Assembly (NCBI RefSeq): GCF_036365525.1
Contig: NC_090383.1
Location: forward strand, 10,653,384 to 10,717,383
DNA from: Heterodontus francisci
Lineage: Eukaryota
Direction: 5' to 3'
DNA length: 64,000 bases
Under the pieces are notes generated by a model. It was given only the letters and a program-made list of their open reading frames with translations. It searched no databases and was not told where the DNA came from. Position numbers and translations under genes: made by a program. Position 1 is the stretch's first letter. Every line of letters begins with the position of its first letter. This document shows, piece after piece, positions 1 to 13,184 of this stretch.

Positions 1-1104
1 GCTGTCGGCTCGGGCAACAATAGGGGCACCAGTTGGGGGGGGGGGGGGGGGGGGGAGAGAAAAACCAGCCAGTCCTTGTGCCCTTGCTTAGCATCCAGTG
101 CCGTCTGCTGACGAATGCGTGGGTGCAGGCAGCAGCCAAGAGAAGGGTGAGGTTCCCTGCAAATGAATAGCCTGCCAACATACAGGTAGAATGGGAAACT
201 GGACAAGTTTCCAGAGGGCACGTAGTGCCTGTAGAATTGCAAACAAGCAGGCACTAGTGTCCATAGGATTGGCAAAGAGAAACTTAGAGAGGAAATTTAA
301 AAAAAAATAAATGTTCAACCATATTTTCCATTGTGAAATATTACTGAATAAAAATTTAGTGAAAATAAAGCCCAGTGCTTACTTAAAATTTACATAATAA
401 AAAGTGCAGGTTGTCAGTTTGTTTTACATCTGTCTCTCAACACAGCATCTTACTGTCTTATCACCCAGGTATCTGAAAGTGCTTTTGAAAATTGATTTAC
501 ACCAGACGAGTGATAATGATCAGCGGTAATGAATTAGAAGACATGCAATTATGGCAATTAACAGTTTATAAAAAAACAAAGCAATTCTCCACTTAGGCAT
601 CTAGATTTGGTCCCTCCCCACAGTTCCCATGCCTTGTGGAATTCCCTGATTTTACATGAAATTTATCAGTGCAAAATTCATGGGAAGAAAATTGGGCTGG
701 GTAATTATGTGCCTGGAAAGAGGGAGGAGAAGAGGGATGAGAGAGGGAGAGAGTAAGAAAGAGATTGTGGAGGAAGCAGAGAAGGGGCAGAAAGAGGGAA
801 CAATAAACACGAGAAAGGGAGACACAAAGAACTAAAGCATGGAAGATACCCGGAGACCGCACATCTTGTACCAACATAAAATGGGGAATATTTTGGTAAA
901 ATAAGCACTTTAGAAGTTTATCTTCGATGCTGGAAAACCCCTGACTAATGCATAACAATAGATAATAGGAATTTGAAGCTCATCTACCCTCTCACTCAAG
1001 AAAACCATTAAAGCTTAACCACACAGAGGAAACAACCCACATCAAGGTCTCCAGTGCTCCACAGGTAGCAATCCCTTTGCATCATAGACAGGAGTTTTAG
1101 AGAA

Positions 1105-1827
1105 GTGGTTACACCCAAGGTGCAGGCAGATAGATGGGTGACTGCTAGAAGGGGCAGGCAGTCAGTGCAGGAATCCCCTGTGGCTATCCCCCTCTCTAAC
1201 AAGTATACTGTTTTGGATACTGTTGGGGAGGATGGCCTATCAGGGGAAAACAGCAGCAGCCAGAGCAGTGGCACCACGGCTGGCACTGTTGTTCAGCAGG
1301 GAAGGACAAAGCGCAGAAGAGCAATAGTTATAGGGGACTCTATAGTCAGGGGCACAGATAGGTGCTTCTGTGGACGTGAAAGAGACTCAAGGATGGTATG
1401 CTGCCTCCCTGGTGCCAGGGTCAAGGATGTCTCTGAACGGACAGGGGGCATTCTGAAGGGGGAGGGTGAACAGCCAAAGGTTGTGGTACACATCGGTACC
1501 AATGACATAGGCAGGAAGAGTGATGAGGTCCTGCAGGGGGAGTTTAGGGTGTTAGGTAGTAAATTAAAAAACAGGACCTCTAGGGTTGTAATCTCTGGAT
1601 TACTCCCTGTGCCACATGCCAGTGAGGCTAGAAATAGGAAGATAGTGCAGCTAAACACGTGGCTGAGCAGCTGGTGTAGAAGGGAGGGTTTCAGATATCT
1701 GGACCATTGGGCTCTCTTCAGGGACAGATGGGACCTGTACAAGAAGGATGGATTGCATCTAAACTGGAGGGGCACTAATATCCTGGCTGCAAGGTTTGCT
1801 AGCGTCACTTGGGAGGGTTTAAACTAG
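1105..1827 (+). CDS. CR1 ORF1 SGNH/GDSL esterase domain (N-terminus missing)
   Basis: Motifs IGDSIVRG, CLPGA, HIGTND and DGLHLN are the SGNH blocks typical of CR1 ORF1p. The frame is open for 240 aa. Confidence 0.88.
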   Translation: MVTPKVQADRWVTARRGRQSVQESPVAIPLSNKYTVLDTVGEDGLSGENSSSQSSGTTAGTVVQQGRTKRRRAIVIGDSIVRGTDRCFCGRERDSRMVCCLPGARVKDVSERTGGILKGEGEQPKVVVHIGTNDIGRKSDEVLQGEFRVLGSKLKNRTSRVVISGLLPVPHASEARNRKIVQLNTWLSSWCRREGFRYLDHWALFRDRWDLYKKDGLHLNWRGTNILAARFASVTWEGLN

Positions 1828-1959
1828 TGTGGCAGGGGGGTGGGAACCATTGCAGTAGGACAGCTAGTGAAATAAATGAGGAGGACATAGTAAATCAGGC
1901 CAGGAGGACTAAGAGGAAGAGCAGGCAGGGAGATGTTGCTGAGCACAGCGGGACTGGTG

Positions 1960-4760
1960 GTCTGAAGTGCATTTGTTTCAATGCGAGAAGTATAACAGGT
2001 AAGGCAGATGAACTTAGAGCTTGGATTAGTACTTGGAAATATGATGTTGTTGCTATTACAGAGACTTGGTTGAGGAAGGGCAGGATTGGCAGCTAAATGT
2101 TCCAGGCTTTAGAAGCTTCAGGCGGGATAGAGGGGGATGTAAAAGGGGTGGGGGAGTTGCATTACTGGTTAAGGAGAATATCACAGCTGTACTGTGGGAG
2201 GACACCTCAGAGAGGTCATGCAGCAAGGCAATATGGGTGGAGCTCAGGAATAGGAAGGGTGCAGTCACGATGTTGGGGGTTTACTAGAGGCCTCCCAACA
2301 GCCAGCGGGAGGTAGAGGAGCAGATATGTAGACAGATTTTGGAAAGATGTAAAGGTAACAGGGTTGTGGTGGTGGGTGATTTTAACTTCCCCTATATTGA
2401 CTGGGACTCACTTAGTGCTCAGGGTTTGGATGGGGCAGAATTTGTGAGGAGCATCCAGGAGGGCTTCTTGAAACAGTATGTAGATAGTCCAACTAGGGAT
2501 GGGGCCATTCTGGACCTGGTATTGGGGAATGAGCCCGGCCAGGTGGTCGAAGTTTCAGTGGGAGAGCATTTCGGGAGCAGTGGCCATAATTCCATAAGTT
2601 TTAAGGTACTTGTGGATAAGAGTAGTCCTTGGGTGAAGGTGCTAAATTGGGGGAAGGCTAATTATAACAATATTAGGCAGGAACTGAAGAATTTAGATTG
2701 GGGTGGCTGTTTGAGGGTAAATCAACATCTGACATGTGGGAGTCTTTCAAACGTCAGCTGATTAGAATCCAGGACCAGCATGTTCCTGTGAGGAAGAAAG
2801 ACAAGTTTGGCAAGTTTCGGGAAGCTTGGATAACACAGGATATTGTGAGCCTAGTCAAAAAGAAAAAGGAAGTATTTGTAAGGGCTGGAAGGCTAGGAAC
2901 AGATGAAGCACTTGAGGAATATAAAGACCGTAGGAAGGAACTTAAGCAAGGAGTCAGGAGGGCTAAAAGGGGTCATGAAAAGTCATTGGCAAACAGGATT
3001 AAGGGAAATCCCAAGGCTTTTTATACATATATAAAGAGCAAGAGGGTAACCAGGGAAAGGGTTGGCCCACTCAAGGACAGAGATGGGAATCTATGTGTGG
3101 GGCCAGAGGAAATGGGCGAGGTGCTAAATGAGTATTTTGCATCAGTATTCACCAAAGAGAAGGACTTGGTGGATGATGAGCCTAGGGAAGGGAGTGCAGA
3201 TAGTCTCAGTCATCTCATTATCAAAAAGGAGGAAGTGTTGGGAGTCTTGCAAAGCATTAAGGTAGATAAGTCCCCAGGGCCTGATGGGATCTACCCTAGG
3301 ATACTGAGGGAGGCAAGGGAAGAAATTGCTGGGGCCTTGACAGAAATCTTTGCTTCCTCATTGGCTACAGGTGAGGTCCCAGAGGACTGGAGAATAGCCA
3401 ATGTTGTTCCTTTGTTGAAGAAGGGTAGCAAGGATAATCCAGGAAATTATAGGCTGATGAGCCTTACGTCAGTGGTAGGGAAACTATTAGAGAGGATTAT
3501 TCGGGACAGGATTTACTCCCATTTGGAAACAAACGAACATATTAGCGAGAGACAGCATGGTTTTGTGAAGGGGAGGTCGTGTCTTACTAATTTGATTGAG
3601 TTTTTTGAGGAAGTGACGAAGATGATTGATGAAGGAAGGGCAGTGGATGTTATCTATATGGACTTTAGTAAAGCCTTTGACAAGGTCCCGCATGGCAGAC
3701 TGGTACAAAAGGTGAAGTCACACGGGATCAGAGGTGACCTGGCAAGATGGATACAGAACTGGCTCGGTCATAGAAGACAGAAGGTATCAGTGGATGGGTG
3801 TTTTTCTGAATGGAGGAATGTGACTAGTGGTGTTCCGCAGGGATCAGTGCTGGGACCTTTGCTGTTTGTAGTATATATAAATTATTTGGAGGAAAATGTA
3901 GCTGGTCTGATTAATAAGTTTGCGGACGACACAAAGGTTGGTGGAGTTGCGGATAATGATGAGGATTGTCAGAGGATACAGCAGGATATAGATCGGTTGG
4001 AGACTTGGGCAGAGAAATGGCAGATGGAGTTTAATCCAGACAAATGTGAGGTAATGCATTTTGGAAGGTCTACTGCAGGTGGGAGGTATACAGTAAATGG
4101 CAGAACCCTTAGGAGTATTGACAGGCAGAGAGATCTGGGCGTACAGGTCCACAGGTCACTGAAAGTGGCAACGCAGGTGGATAAGGTAGTCAAGAAGGCA
4201 TACGGCATGCTTGCCTTCATCGGTCAGGGCATAGAGTATAAAAATTGGCAAGTCATGTTGCAGCTGTACAGAACCTTAGTTAGGCCACACTTAGAATATT
4301 GCGTGCAATTCTGGTCGCCACACTACCAGAAGGACGTGGAGGCTTTGGAGAGGGTACAGAGGAGGTTTACCAGGATGTTGCCTGGTCTGGAGGGCATTAG
4401 CTATGAGGAGAGGTTGGAAAAACTCGGATTGTTTTCACTGGAACGACGGAGGTGGAGGGGCGACATGATAGAGGTTTACAAAGTTATAAGCGGCATGGAC
4501 AGAGTGGATAGTCAGAAGCTTTTTCCAAGGGTGGAAGAGTCAGTTACTAGGGGACATAAGTTTAAGGTGCGAGGGGCAAAGTTTAGAGGGGATGTGCGAG
4601 GCAAGTTTTTTACACAGAGGGTGGTGAGTGCCTGGAACTTGCTGCCAGGGGAGGTGGTGGAAGCAGATACGATAGCAATGTTTAAGAGGCATCTTGACAA
4701 ATACATGAAAAGGAAGGGAATAGAGGGACATGGGCCCCGGATGTGCAGAAGGTGTTCGTT
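1960..4760 (+). pseudogene. CR1 ORF2 endonuclease-reverse transcriptase, disrupted
   Basis: APE is split by a frameshift near 2075, an in-frame TAG at 2285-2287 and a frameshift near 2700. The RT portion is open from 2698 (KFADDTK). Confidence 0.9.
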
Positions 4761-5711
4761 TAGGCAGGCATCAAGATCGGCGCAGGCTTGGAGGGCCGAA
4801 TGGCCTGTTCCTGTGCTGTACTGTTCTTTGTTCTTTGTTCATACACTGTATAGTTATCAATACAATTTGTTGTTTGGCTCCCTTTCATCAACAGTAGAAT
4901 CACTCATCATGTAGTTGCAAGCCAGTTGCTTGTGCAAGGCCTAAAAATCACTCAGTGGCTTTGTGCAATGTTCTGTCTGGTTCTGAGCCATTCAGGTCAA
5001 CCTGTGTTTATTGATCGTTTCTAAAAGAAACGCTTCCAGGCTTTTGGTTGAAGAGGGTTTGTCTCAATGCCCTCTCTGCCTGTTTTCTTTGCAGAAGATG
5101 GCAACTCATCAGCCATTCTTGCCTCGTGAAACTTAAAACCAACAACCAATCCAATAGTCCTGGCTCACTACCCCACCTGACCGAACTGCATAAAACTTAC
5201 AGCACTGAAACAGGCCATTCAGCCCAGCTGGCTTATTCTGGTGCTTATGCCTCCTCCCAACTCTCTTCATCTCACTATATCGGCACATCCTGCAGGAAGC
5301 TGAGCAATCTGTGTAGTAGTGAAAATAGGACAATTTTCTAAGTTCATCATTCACCTTTTGCTTATTCCAGTGAACAACAGCAAAATGCAAGGATGAATCA
5401 AAGAACTACAATGTAACACGGACAATTGTTTCAGTGCTTCCAATAATTTCCCTACCATCCCCACTTCAGCTACAGCATAATTTGAAGAACTTGGTGCCCA
5501 CTAAATATATAAATGGTTATCTTTAGGGATGAATCAACCTCTGCCCTGAGCTCTGGGTCTGACCCATTACTAATGTAGAACCCAGGGTCAGTGATGCAAA
5601 GTGGGGCGTTCCTGTAATTGGCATCTAACAAAAAATTCTTCTTAACTGGACATACCAGGAAGGACATTCATTGGTCAACTTGGTTCCACCACTTCTCAAG
5701 TTAGTAACTAA

Positions 5712-6388
5712 GGGCTGGATTTGTGCTGGAGGCTCCGGGCTGAAAAGGCAGGGGGAAACCTCACCTCTGCCTTTTCGTGCCCCGATCCCGGAGCGATCCT
5801 CCGGTTTTTTAAAATCAAACTTTCAGGAGCCGGGATCCCCATTCCTTTAAAGACAGTGATCCCGCCTCCAAGAGTTGGAGGCCAATCAGAGGGCTGGCAG
5901 CTCAGCAGTGCCACTGGGAGCGGTGGCCACTGCCGGTACTGCAGAGACTTTGGACCCAGGCCAGGTGTTGGAACCCCGGACCAGAGATAGGTGAGGCGGG
6001 GTTGCCAGGGGCCAGTTCAGAAGGCCCCGACGAGGGAGGTGGCAGGTTATTGTGCAGTCCGGGGGAGTCCTGGTGGGGTGAGGTTGTTCCTGGTGGGGTT
6101 CCTCCATGGGCCACAAATTGCCCACGGAGGAGGCCCCCCCAACAAGCCAGCAGTGAGGGCGCCTCATGGTGTAAGTCAGGAAGAGACCCTTAATTGGCCA
6201 TTAATAGACCACTTAAGGGCCTCAGTTGGCCTTTGGGTGGGAAGGCCGTCATTTGGCCTATCCTGCCCCGGGAAGATCGCTTGGTGACGGGGAGGCAACA
6301 GGCCCTCCCCCCCCCACCCCCTCGTGATACTCCATGCCCCGTCCCCCACCTCTGATCCCTTCTCAGGGGGCCACACAAAATCCCAGCC
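5712..6388. mobile_element. GC-rich non-autonomous DNA transposon (PIF/Harbinger-like MITE)
   Basis: Imperfect TIRs gggctggattt...aaaatcccagcc and a 3-bp TSD TAA (5709-5711 / 6389-6391). Confidence 0.75.
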
Positions 6389-6529
6389 TAAGTGTGAGTG
6401 TTATAGGAGCCTGTATCACAACGGAATCCATTTCTGTTCTCATCAAATGGGTAGGCAACATAAAAGTGATTAGGATCAAAATAACCTGTTGATTTGTTCC
6501 TCTCTCCTCCCCAGGTACATGCAGACCAT

Positions 6530-7262
6530 GGGCTGGATTTTATGTTGAGTGGACATAAAAGTCGGTGGCGAATCCGCTTCCGCCCAGCCCGGGGTTCCGA
6601 CCCACATTTTACACGTCCCCGGGCTTGAATTGTTCCAAGGCAGGACTTCCACCAGCTTGAGCGAGGAAGTCCCGCCTCACTGAGCTGCTGGCCAATCATC
6701 GGTTCTGCAGCTCTTAGCCCCAGCAGCGCCACCGGGAGCAGTGGCCACTGCTAGGACTGCAGCCCAGTCGAGGACATGGAGCCAGGAGTCCAGGTACGTT
6801 AGGGTTGCCTCATCGGGCTAATCGGCCATGGCCTTGCAAGGCAAGGATGGTCATTTGGGGGGGGAAGTGGGGCAGCATCTCAGGTCCTGGGGGTAGTTGG
6901 GGAAGCGGGGGCGGCCCCCATTTGGGCACCCTGTGCCCATTTGTCCGGGCACCCCATCCCAGGTGTGCTGAGAAGCCACCAGGTTTCACTGGGTGGCCTC
7001 TGATGTCTCTCGGATGCCTGTTTGCCATGAGTACCATTCCCGTGGAGGCGAGCGAAGGCCCTTAAGTGGCTGTTAAGTGGCCACTTAAGGGCCTTGATTG
7101 GCCTGGGGTGGGCAGCCCGTTCTTCACCCCCCACCAGCCCACATAAAGTGGGGCAGAGGCGGCAGCGGGTCGGGAAGGCCTCCCGGAGCCTCCCGCTCAA
7201 TTTTACGCCACCATCACCCCCGCCACCATCCGGCTCGCTGGGGTGGAGTAAAATTCCGGCCC
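6530..7262. mobile_element. PIF/Harbinger-like MITE, same family
   Basis: TIRs gggctggatttta...taaaattccggccc; shares internal motifs with the 5712 copy. Confidence 0.72.
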
Positions 7263-7469
7263 ATATTTCTGGCTAAGATCAACTAATTGCAACCTAAACT
7301 GAATGGCTCAGTATTAGACTGGATATGGCACAAAAACACATTGAATCTTTAACTTTTGCACAAGCAACTGTACTGTTGCTATGGGATCCGTATTTTCATT
7401 GTCAAACGTATAATACAAGGGTTCGGCAGAGTTAAGCTTCAAGATCCCTTAGCTTAGCCCAGCCTTGAA

Positions 7470-7815
7470 AAATTGAGGAGTTTCAATAGAGTAGTTAGGA
7501 AAAAATAGTTTCCTCTTGCAGGAGGGCTGGTAACCAGAGGACATAGATGTGAGACAATTGGCAAAAGAATCAGGCGGGTAGAGAGCTGAGAGTTTTTTTA
7601 AAAGCAGTGAGTTATGATGATCAGGAACACACTGCCTGAAAGGTTGGTGGAAGCAGGTTCAACAGTAACTTTCAAAAGGGAATGGATATATACTTGAAAA
7701 GGACACATTTGCAGGGCTATGGGAAAAGAGCAGAGGGAGTGGGACTAATTGGATAACTCTTTCAAAAGAGTTGACACTGGCATGATGGGCCAAATGGCCT
7801 CTTTTTGCACTATTA
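7470..7815 (+). mobile_element. CR1 3' fragment
   Basis: accagaggacatagat...gggctatgggaaaagagcag...gggccaaatggcctc is typical of the CR1 ORF2 end and 3' UTR. Confidence 0.75.
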
Positions 7816-8140
7816 AAGTGCTGACCTATCTGCATCAACCTCTTGGTTGAGATGGACTTCTGATTCAGAGATGAGAACCTGAACATGAATGTACAAACAC
7901 AGTGGTTTGAAATTCTTAAAGGACTTATAATGTTGGAAACACATATTAAAAGGAATACTGATGAGTTATATGGGGACTGTTGAAACTGCCCACAAACTTA
8001 ACACCAGCATAAATTTTCAAGAAATGCTTATTATTAAATTGTTTCATACATAAAATTATAAAATCCATCTGGATTAACTTTAAAACAGTGGGTTATTTTC
8101 CACAGTTGCAAAAATATTCTAATTGCTAATAAAACTCGAG

Positions 8141-10278
8141 TCTTCTTCTTCTTCTTTGGCCTCTTTGTCTCGGGAGACAATGGGTAAGCGCCTGGAGGTG
8201 GTCAGTGGTTTGTGAAGCAGTGCCTGGAGTGGCTATAAAGGCCAACTCTAGAGTGACAGACTCTTCCACAGGTGCTGCAGATAAAATTGGTTGTCAGGGC
8301 TGTTACACAGTTGGCTCTCCCCTTTCGCTTCTGTCTTTTTTCCTGCCAACTGCTAAGTGTCTTCGACTCACCACTCTTTAGCCCCGCCTTTATGGCTGTC
8401 CGCCAGCTCTGGCGATCACTGGCAACTGACTCTCACGACTTGTGATCAATGTCACAGGACTTCATGTTGCGTTTGCAGACGTATTTAAAGCGGAGACATG
8501 GACGGCCGGTGGGTCTGATATCAGTGACGAGCTCGCTGTACAATGTGTCCTTGGGGATCCTGCCATCTACCATGTGGCTCACATGGCCAAGCCATCTCAA
8601 ACGCCACTGGCTCAGTAGGGGGTATATGCTGGGGATGTTGACCGCCTCGAGGACTTCTGTGTTGGAGGTACGGTCCTGCCACCTGATGCCAAGGATTCTC
8701 CGGAGGCAGCGAAGATGGAATGAATTGAGACTTCACTCTTGTCCAGGCCTCGCTGCCATAGAGCAAGGTACTAAGAACACAGGCTTGATACACTCGGACT
8801 TTTGTGTTCCGTAGCAGTGCACCATTTTTCCACACTTTGTTGGCCAGTCTGGACATAGCAGTGGAAGCCTTTCCCATACGCTTGTTGATTTCTGCATCGA
8901 GAGACAGGCTATTGGTGATAGTTGAGCCTAGGTAGGTGAACTCTTGAACCACTTCCAGAGCGTGGTTGCCGATATTGATGGATGGAGCATTTCTGACGTC
9001 CTGTCCCATGATGTATGTTTTCTTGAGGCTGATGGTTAGGTCAAATTCATTGCAAGCAGCCACAATCCTGTCGATGGGTCTCTGCAGACACTCTTCAGTG
9101 TGAGATGTTAATGCAGCATCGTCAGCAAAGAGGAGTTCCCTGATGAGGACTTTCTGTACTTTGATCTTCGCTCTTAGACGGACAAGGTTGAACAACCTGC
9201 CACCTGATCTTGCATGGAGGAAAATTCCCTCTTCTGAAGACTTGAACACATGTGAGAGCAGCAGAGAGAAGAAGATCCCAAACAGTGCAGGTGCAAGAAC
9301 ACAGCCCTGTTTCACGCCACTCAGGATAGGAAAGGGCTCTGATGAGGTGCCGCTATGCTGAATTGTGCCGTTCATATTGTCATGGAATGAGGTGATGATA
9401 CTTAGTAGCTTTGGTGGACATCTGATCTTTTCTAGTAGTCTGAAGAGACCACGTCTGCTGACGAGGTCAAAGGTTTTGGTGAAATCAATGAAAGCAACGC
9501 AGAGGGGCATCTGATGTTTGCAGCATTTCTCCTGTAGCTGGTGAAGGGAGAACAGCATGTCAATGGTGGATCTCTCTGCTCGAAAGCCACACTGTGCCTC
9601 AGGGTAGACACGCTCAGCCAGCTTCCGGAGCCTGTTTAAAACGACTCAAGTGAAGACTTTCGCCACTATGCTGAGCAGGGAGATTCCATGGTAGTTGTTG
9701 CAGTCACCGCGGTCACCCTTGTTCTTATAGTGGGTGATAATATTGGCATCGCGCATGTCCTGTGATACTGCTCCCTCGTTCCAGCACAGGCAAAGCAGTT
9801 TCGTAGTGTGCTGAAAGTATAGCAGGCTTGGCACTCTTGATTATTTCAGGGGTAATGCCATCCTTCCCAGGGGCTTTTCCGCTGGCTAGAGAATCAGTGG
9901 CATCACTGAGTTCCGATCTTGTTGGCTCTACGTCCAGCTCATCCATGACTGGCAGAGAATGGGCTGTATTGAGGGCGGTCTCAATGACAACATTTTCTCT
10001 GGAGTACATTTCTAGGTAGTGCTCCATCTCGTGGTCCATTTGCTTGCGTTGGTCAGTGATTTAGATTTGAGGGGGGGGCGATCTTCTTGATGGTTGACCC
10101 AAAAGCTCTCTTAATGCCATTATACATTCCTCTGATATTTCCGGTGTCGGAGGCCAGCTGAATATGAATGCATAGGTGTTGCCAGTAGTCATTTGCGCTG
10201 CGCCTGGCTGTTCTTTGTGCAGCGCTTCTGGCTGCTTTAAGTGCTATGGATGTTAACACGCTGGGGGCTTTCTTGTAG
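8141..10278 (-). mobile_element. RTE-clade LINE, 5'-truncated and decayed
   Basis: RT ORF 8521-9558 (GVKQGCVLAP, LLFADD, FTYLGS, LLYGSEAW), upstream KAPGKDGI and NNYHGISLLS motifs, and a (GAA)n tail at 8141-8155. Confidence 0.93.
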
Positions 10279-12149
10279 TATTACATGAATAAATAAATCT
10301 GGTTCAACGAACAAACAATAGGATTTTCACGAGAGCTCTCTTGAGATATAGCGGATGCACATTTTTATGTGATTGGTGGTAGTGTTGGGAAAGACTCACT
10401 GGGATATTTTTCTAGAATGCACGACTAGAATGGCAGGTGGATATCATTACCTGTATTTTCAGATGACAGTTTTAAGATTCTTCTTTGCAGCAGAAATACA
10501 CATCAGTCAAGAAACTGAGATGGGTAAGGCAGCTCGTTTGAGAGCAGAACCTGTCAAGGGATCCAGCTTAACACTTCAAACCAAAACCAGAACTACAGCT
10601 GGATTTTATGATGACAGAGCTAGGGAACTGGAAAAAACATTTCTTACCCTCAATTTATTTGTGTTTGGTGCCCTTTGAAAAACACCTCACAAATTACTCC
10701 TACAAGGTTTTAAGCAAGACTAGGGCTGAGATTATGAAATCATAGATAATTGCAGGTGGCTTGTACACTTTGTCAGATCCACAACCTCAGTCAGTTAGCC
10801 CAGGGCTTGTTTGTGACTCCGGGGTTCAAACAAGAATTTGACGCAGGATTTCAAATTCCAAATGATTTTGGAACCTGAAAACAAACTGTTTTCTTTCCCT
10901 TTCACTTATTTTCACTTTATGAACATTGTCATTTTCCTTTCCAGCTTTTTCACATTCTATCTATACACTGCTATTTTTTTTTTCAAATCCATTGTATTCC
11001 TTCTTTTTCTTCTCCACTCTTGCCATTTCACTGGAATATTAAATACACCATGTTCAATGGAATATATGTTATCAGGGTCTGGCTGACACATGCAGCACTG
11101 AAATTTAATTTTGCCTGTGCCATCTCTAGAGAAATACCAAATAAGTCATCCCTTCGGTATGTCAAAGTACCAAAAGGCTCAGACGTCAATGCATCATTAC
11201 GAGTTCTTATTCTGAAACCGAGATCCAATTCATTATCACTCAAGTACAAACGGATGATGAACTGCTAAGCTCAGACTGTACCACGACAAGCAAGCCTACT
11301 GTGCTGATTGGGCCTCCTTCGGGCAGTATTAGCACCCATCTGAACCACTAACATGTTGAACACCAGCTGCACCCCACCCCCACCCCCCAACCCCCCCACA
11401 CCCATCCCCATCACCCCCGAACTTCTGGGATCTGCTTCAGTTACATAATATAGCCAAGCTCCTGGTCCATATCAGGAGCTCGCTCTCTCCAGAGGAAATT
11501 TGGGTGCAACGCCCTCAAACATTCATTTCCATGATGTTTACATTGCCAGTCCCTCTTCAGATGCAGATATCAGAAAAACCAGAGAGGCTGTTTGGAGCAA
11601 GTTGGGAGCCAAGGAATAGCACCCCATTTGGCCTCTGCAATTCACCTTTTATTCAGATGTTATGTGGGTGCAGAGCAAAGGAAAATGTTCTTACTTAAAC
11701 TTTAAATAGGGCTCTACCATTTTATTGGGCACTTTTAATTGTTAAATATGAACATACAAAGTACCTACATTGTGGCACAGAAGATTAGGACGTGGACAAG
11801 AATTGCACCCCATACACAAGATTTCTTATTTAATACATTGATTATAACTTTTGCAAAGCTGGAAAATTCCAGTGGCTGGCACAATAAATCTATAGGGAGA
11901 AAGGAACATTTGACCAAGGTTTAGACTGGTGCAACATTCGAACTCTGCCTTCATTTAACTGATACTGCAAAGTGGGAACGGTCTGCCTCTCGTGACCCAA
12001 CTCAGTTAGCAGCGTGCAACTGTATTTCCCTCTTTCTGTTCCCAAAAGAATGGGGATTTTTCATGGGGCCACTGTGGTGACTATTCCCATCCACATAAGA
12101 ATTCCTAAACTATTGGCACAAAGCCTAAGTGCCTACAGGAAGAAAAAGA

Positions 12150-12537
12150 CTGATTATTGAGTAGAATAGGTCGATACTCTCCAAAGTTTCCAAGAATGGG
12201 AGGTGATCTCATTGAAACGTCTAAAATTCTTAGAGGGCATGAGAGGCTGTTTCACTTGGCTGCAAAGTCTAGTTCTAGAGGGCGTACGCTTAGGATAAGG
12301 AGTTAGCCATGTGGTACTGAGATGAGGGGAAATCTCTTCACCCATAGGGTTGCGAATCTTTTTGGAATGCCCTATCCAAGATGGTTGTGGCTGCTCAATC
12401 GATGAGTATATTCAAGACTGAGAGCAATAGATTTTGGATGCTAAGGGAATCAAGGGATATGGAGGTCAGGCGGGAAAGGAGCTGAGGTTACAAGATCAGT
12501 CATGATCTCATTGAGTGGCGGAGCAGGCTTGTTCTTA
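12150..12537 (+). mobile_element. CR1 3' fragment
   Basis: ggtgatctcattgaaac...aagggatatgg...gcggagcaggct...gttctt. Confidence 0.75.
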
Positions 12538-13184
12538 AAATAAAACCAGGAAAATGCTGGAAATCCAGCTTTTTCTAATGGGTTTCTTTAAATATACTGT
12601 TGCCTACGCAGCCCCTTGCAACTCTATTGGTACATTTTATATGGGTAGATTTAAATCGCAAGGCAATTCAAGTACAGCTGCAGGAATGAATGCGGATTTC
12701 TAAATGATGTGAATGGAGCCTCATTTGAATTTTGCAAAAATAACAGATGTTTCTGGCACCAGTTAAAGATCTGACCCGAAAAATATATGTTTCTAAATGG
12801 GTGGGGGTTCAAGGTTAAGCAACCTCTGTCTAGATTTCTAATCCTATTCATTAGAATTGATACAAAATCTACTGTTTGCAGCTAGATTCTGAAATTCACA
12901 TGGATAATAAAGTCGTGTTTTTTTTAACATGCAATAATGGATTTTATTGGGCAATTAATTGACTTGGCAGTTTTCCCCAATATTATCAAACTTAAAGTCT
13001 GTGACATTGGAGAAATGTAGCACTGTCGTGTCCCTTCAATCAATAAGATCAGAGAACAAGTGACCAACATTCTTTCAACCAAATGACATCTTAGAACTTC
13101 AAGCAATCAAATCCCACAGTCCACTGTTCCTTCAACCAATCAGATTTCAGAACCAAAAAGCAATTGGATCATGTTGTTACAGAG

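Larger units (their letters stand above)
1080..4840 (+). mobile_element. Near full-length CR1 LINE (esterase ORF1 + APE-RT ORF2), 5'-truncated and mildly decayed
   Basis: SGNH-type ORF1 followed by an APE domain (FNARSI, ITETWL, GDFN, LDL) and RT (QGSVLGP, FADD). It ends in the CR1 tail tgttctttgttctttgttc at ~4823-4840. Confidence 0.95.

Noticed and set aside
5708-7286. Many overlapping GC-rich ORFs (also 26190-26912, 29544-31134, 56539-56929)
   Set aside because: They result from stop-codon scarcity in GC-rich MITEs and have no recognisable domains.
11028-11249. Minus-strand ORF as the next PLC-beta exon
   Set aside because: It shows no resemblance to the expected DPKLRE...ITVVYG exon and has no convincing splice sites.
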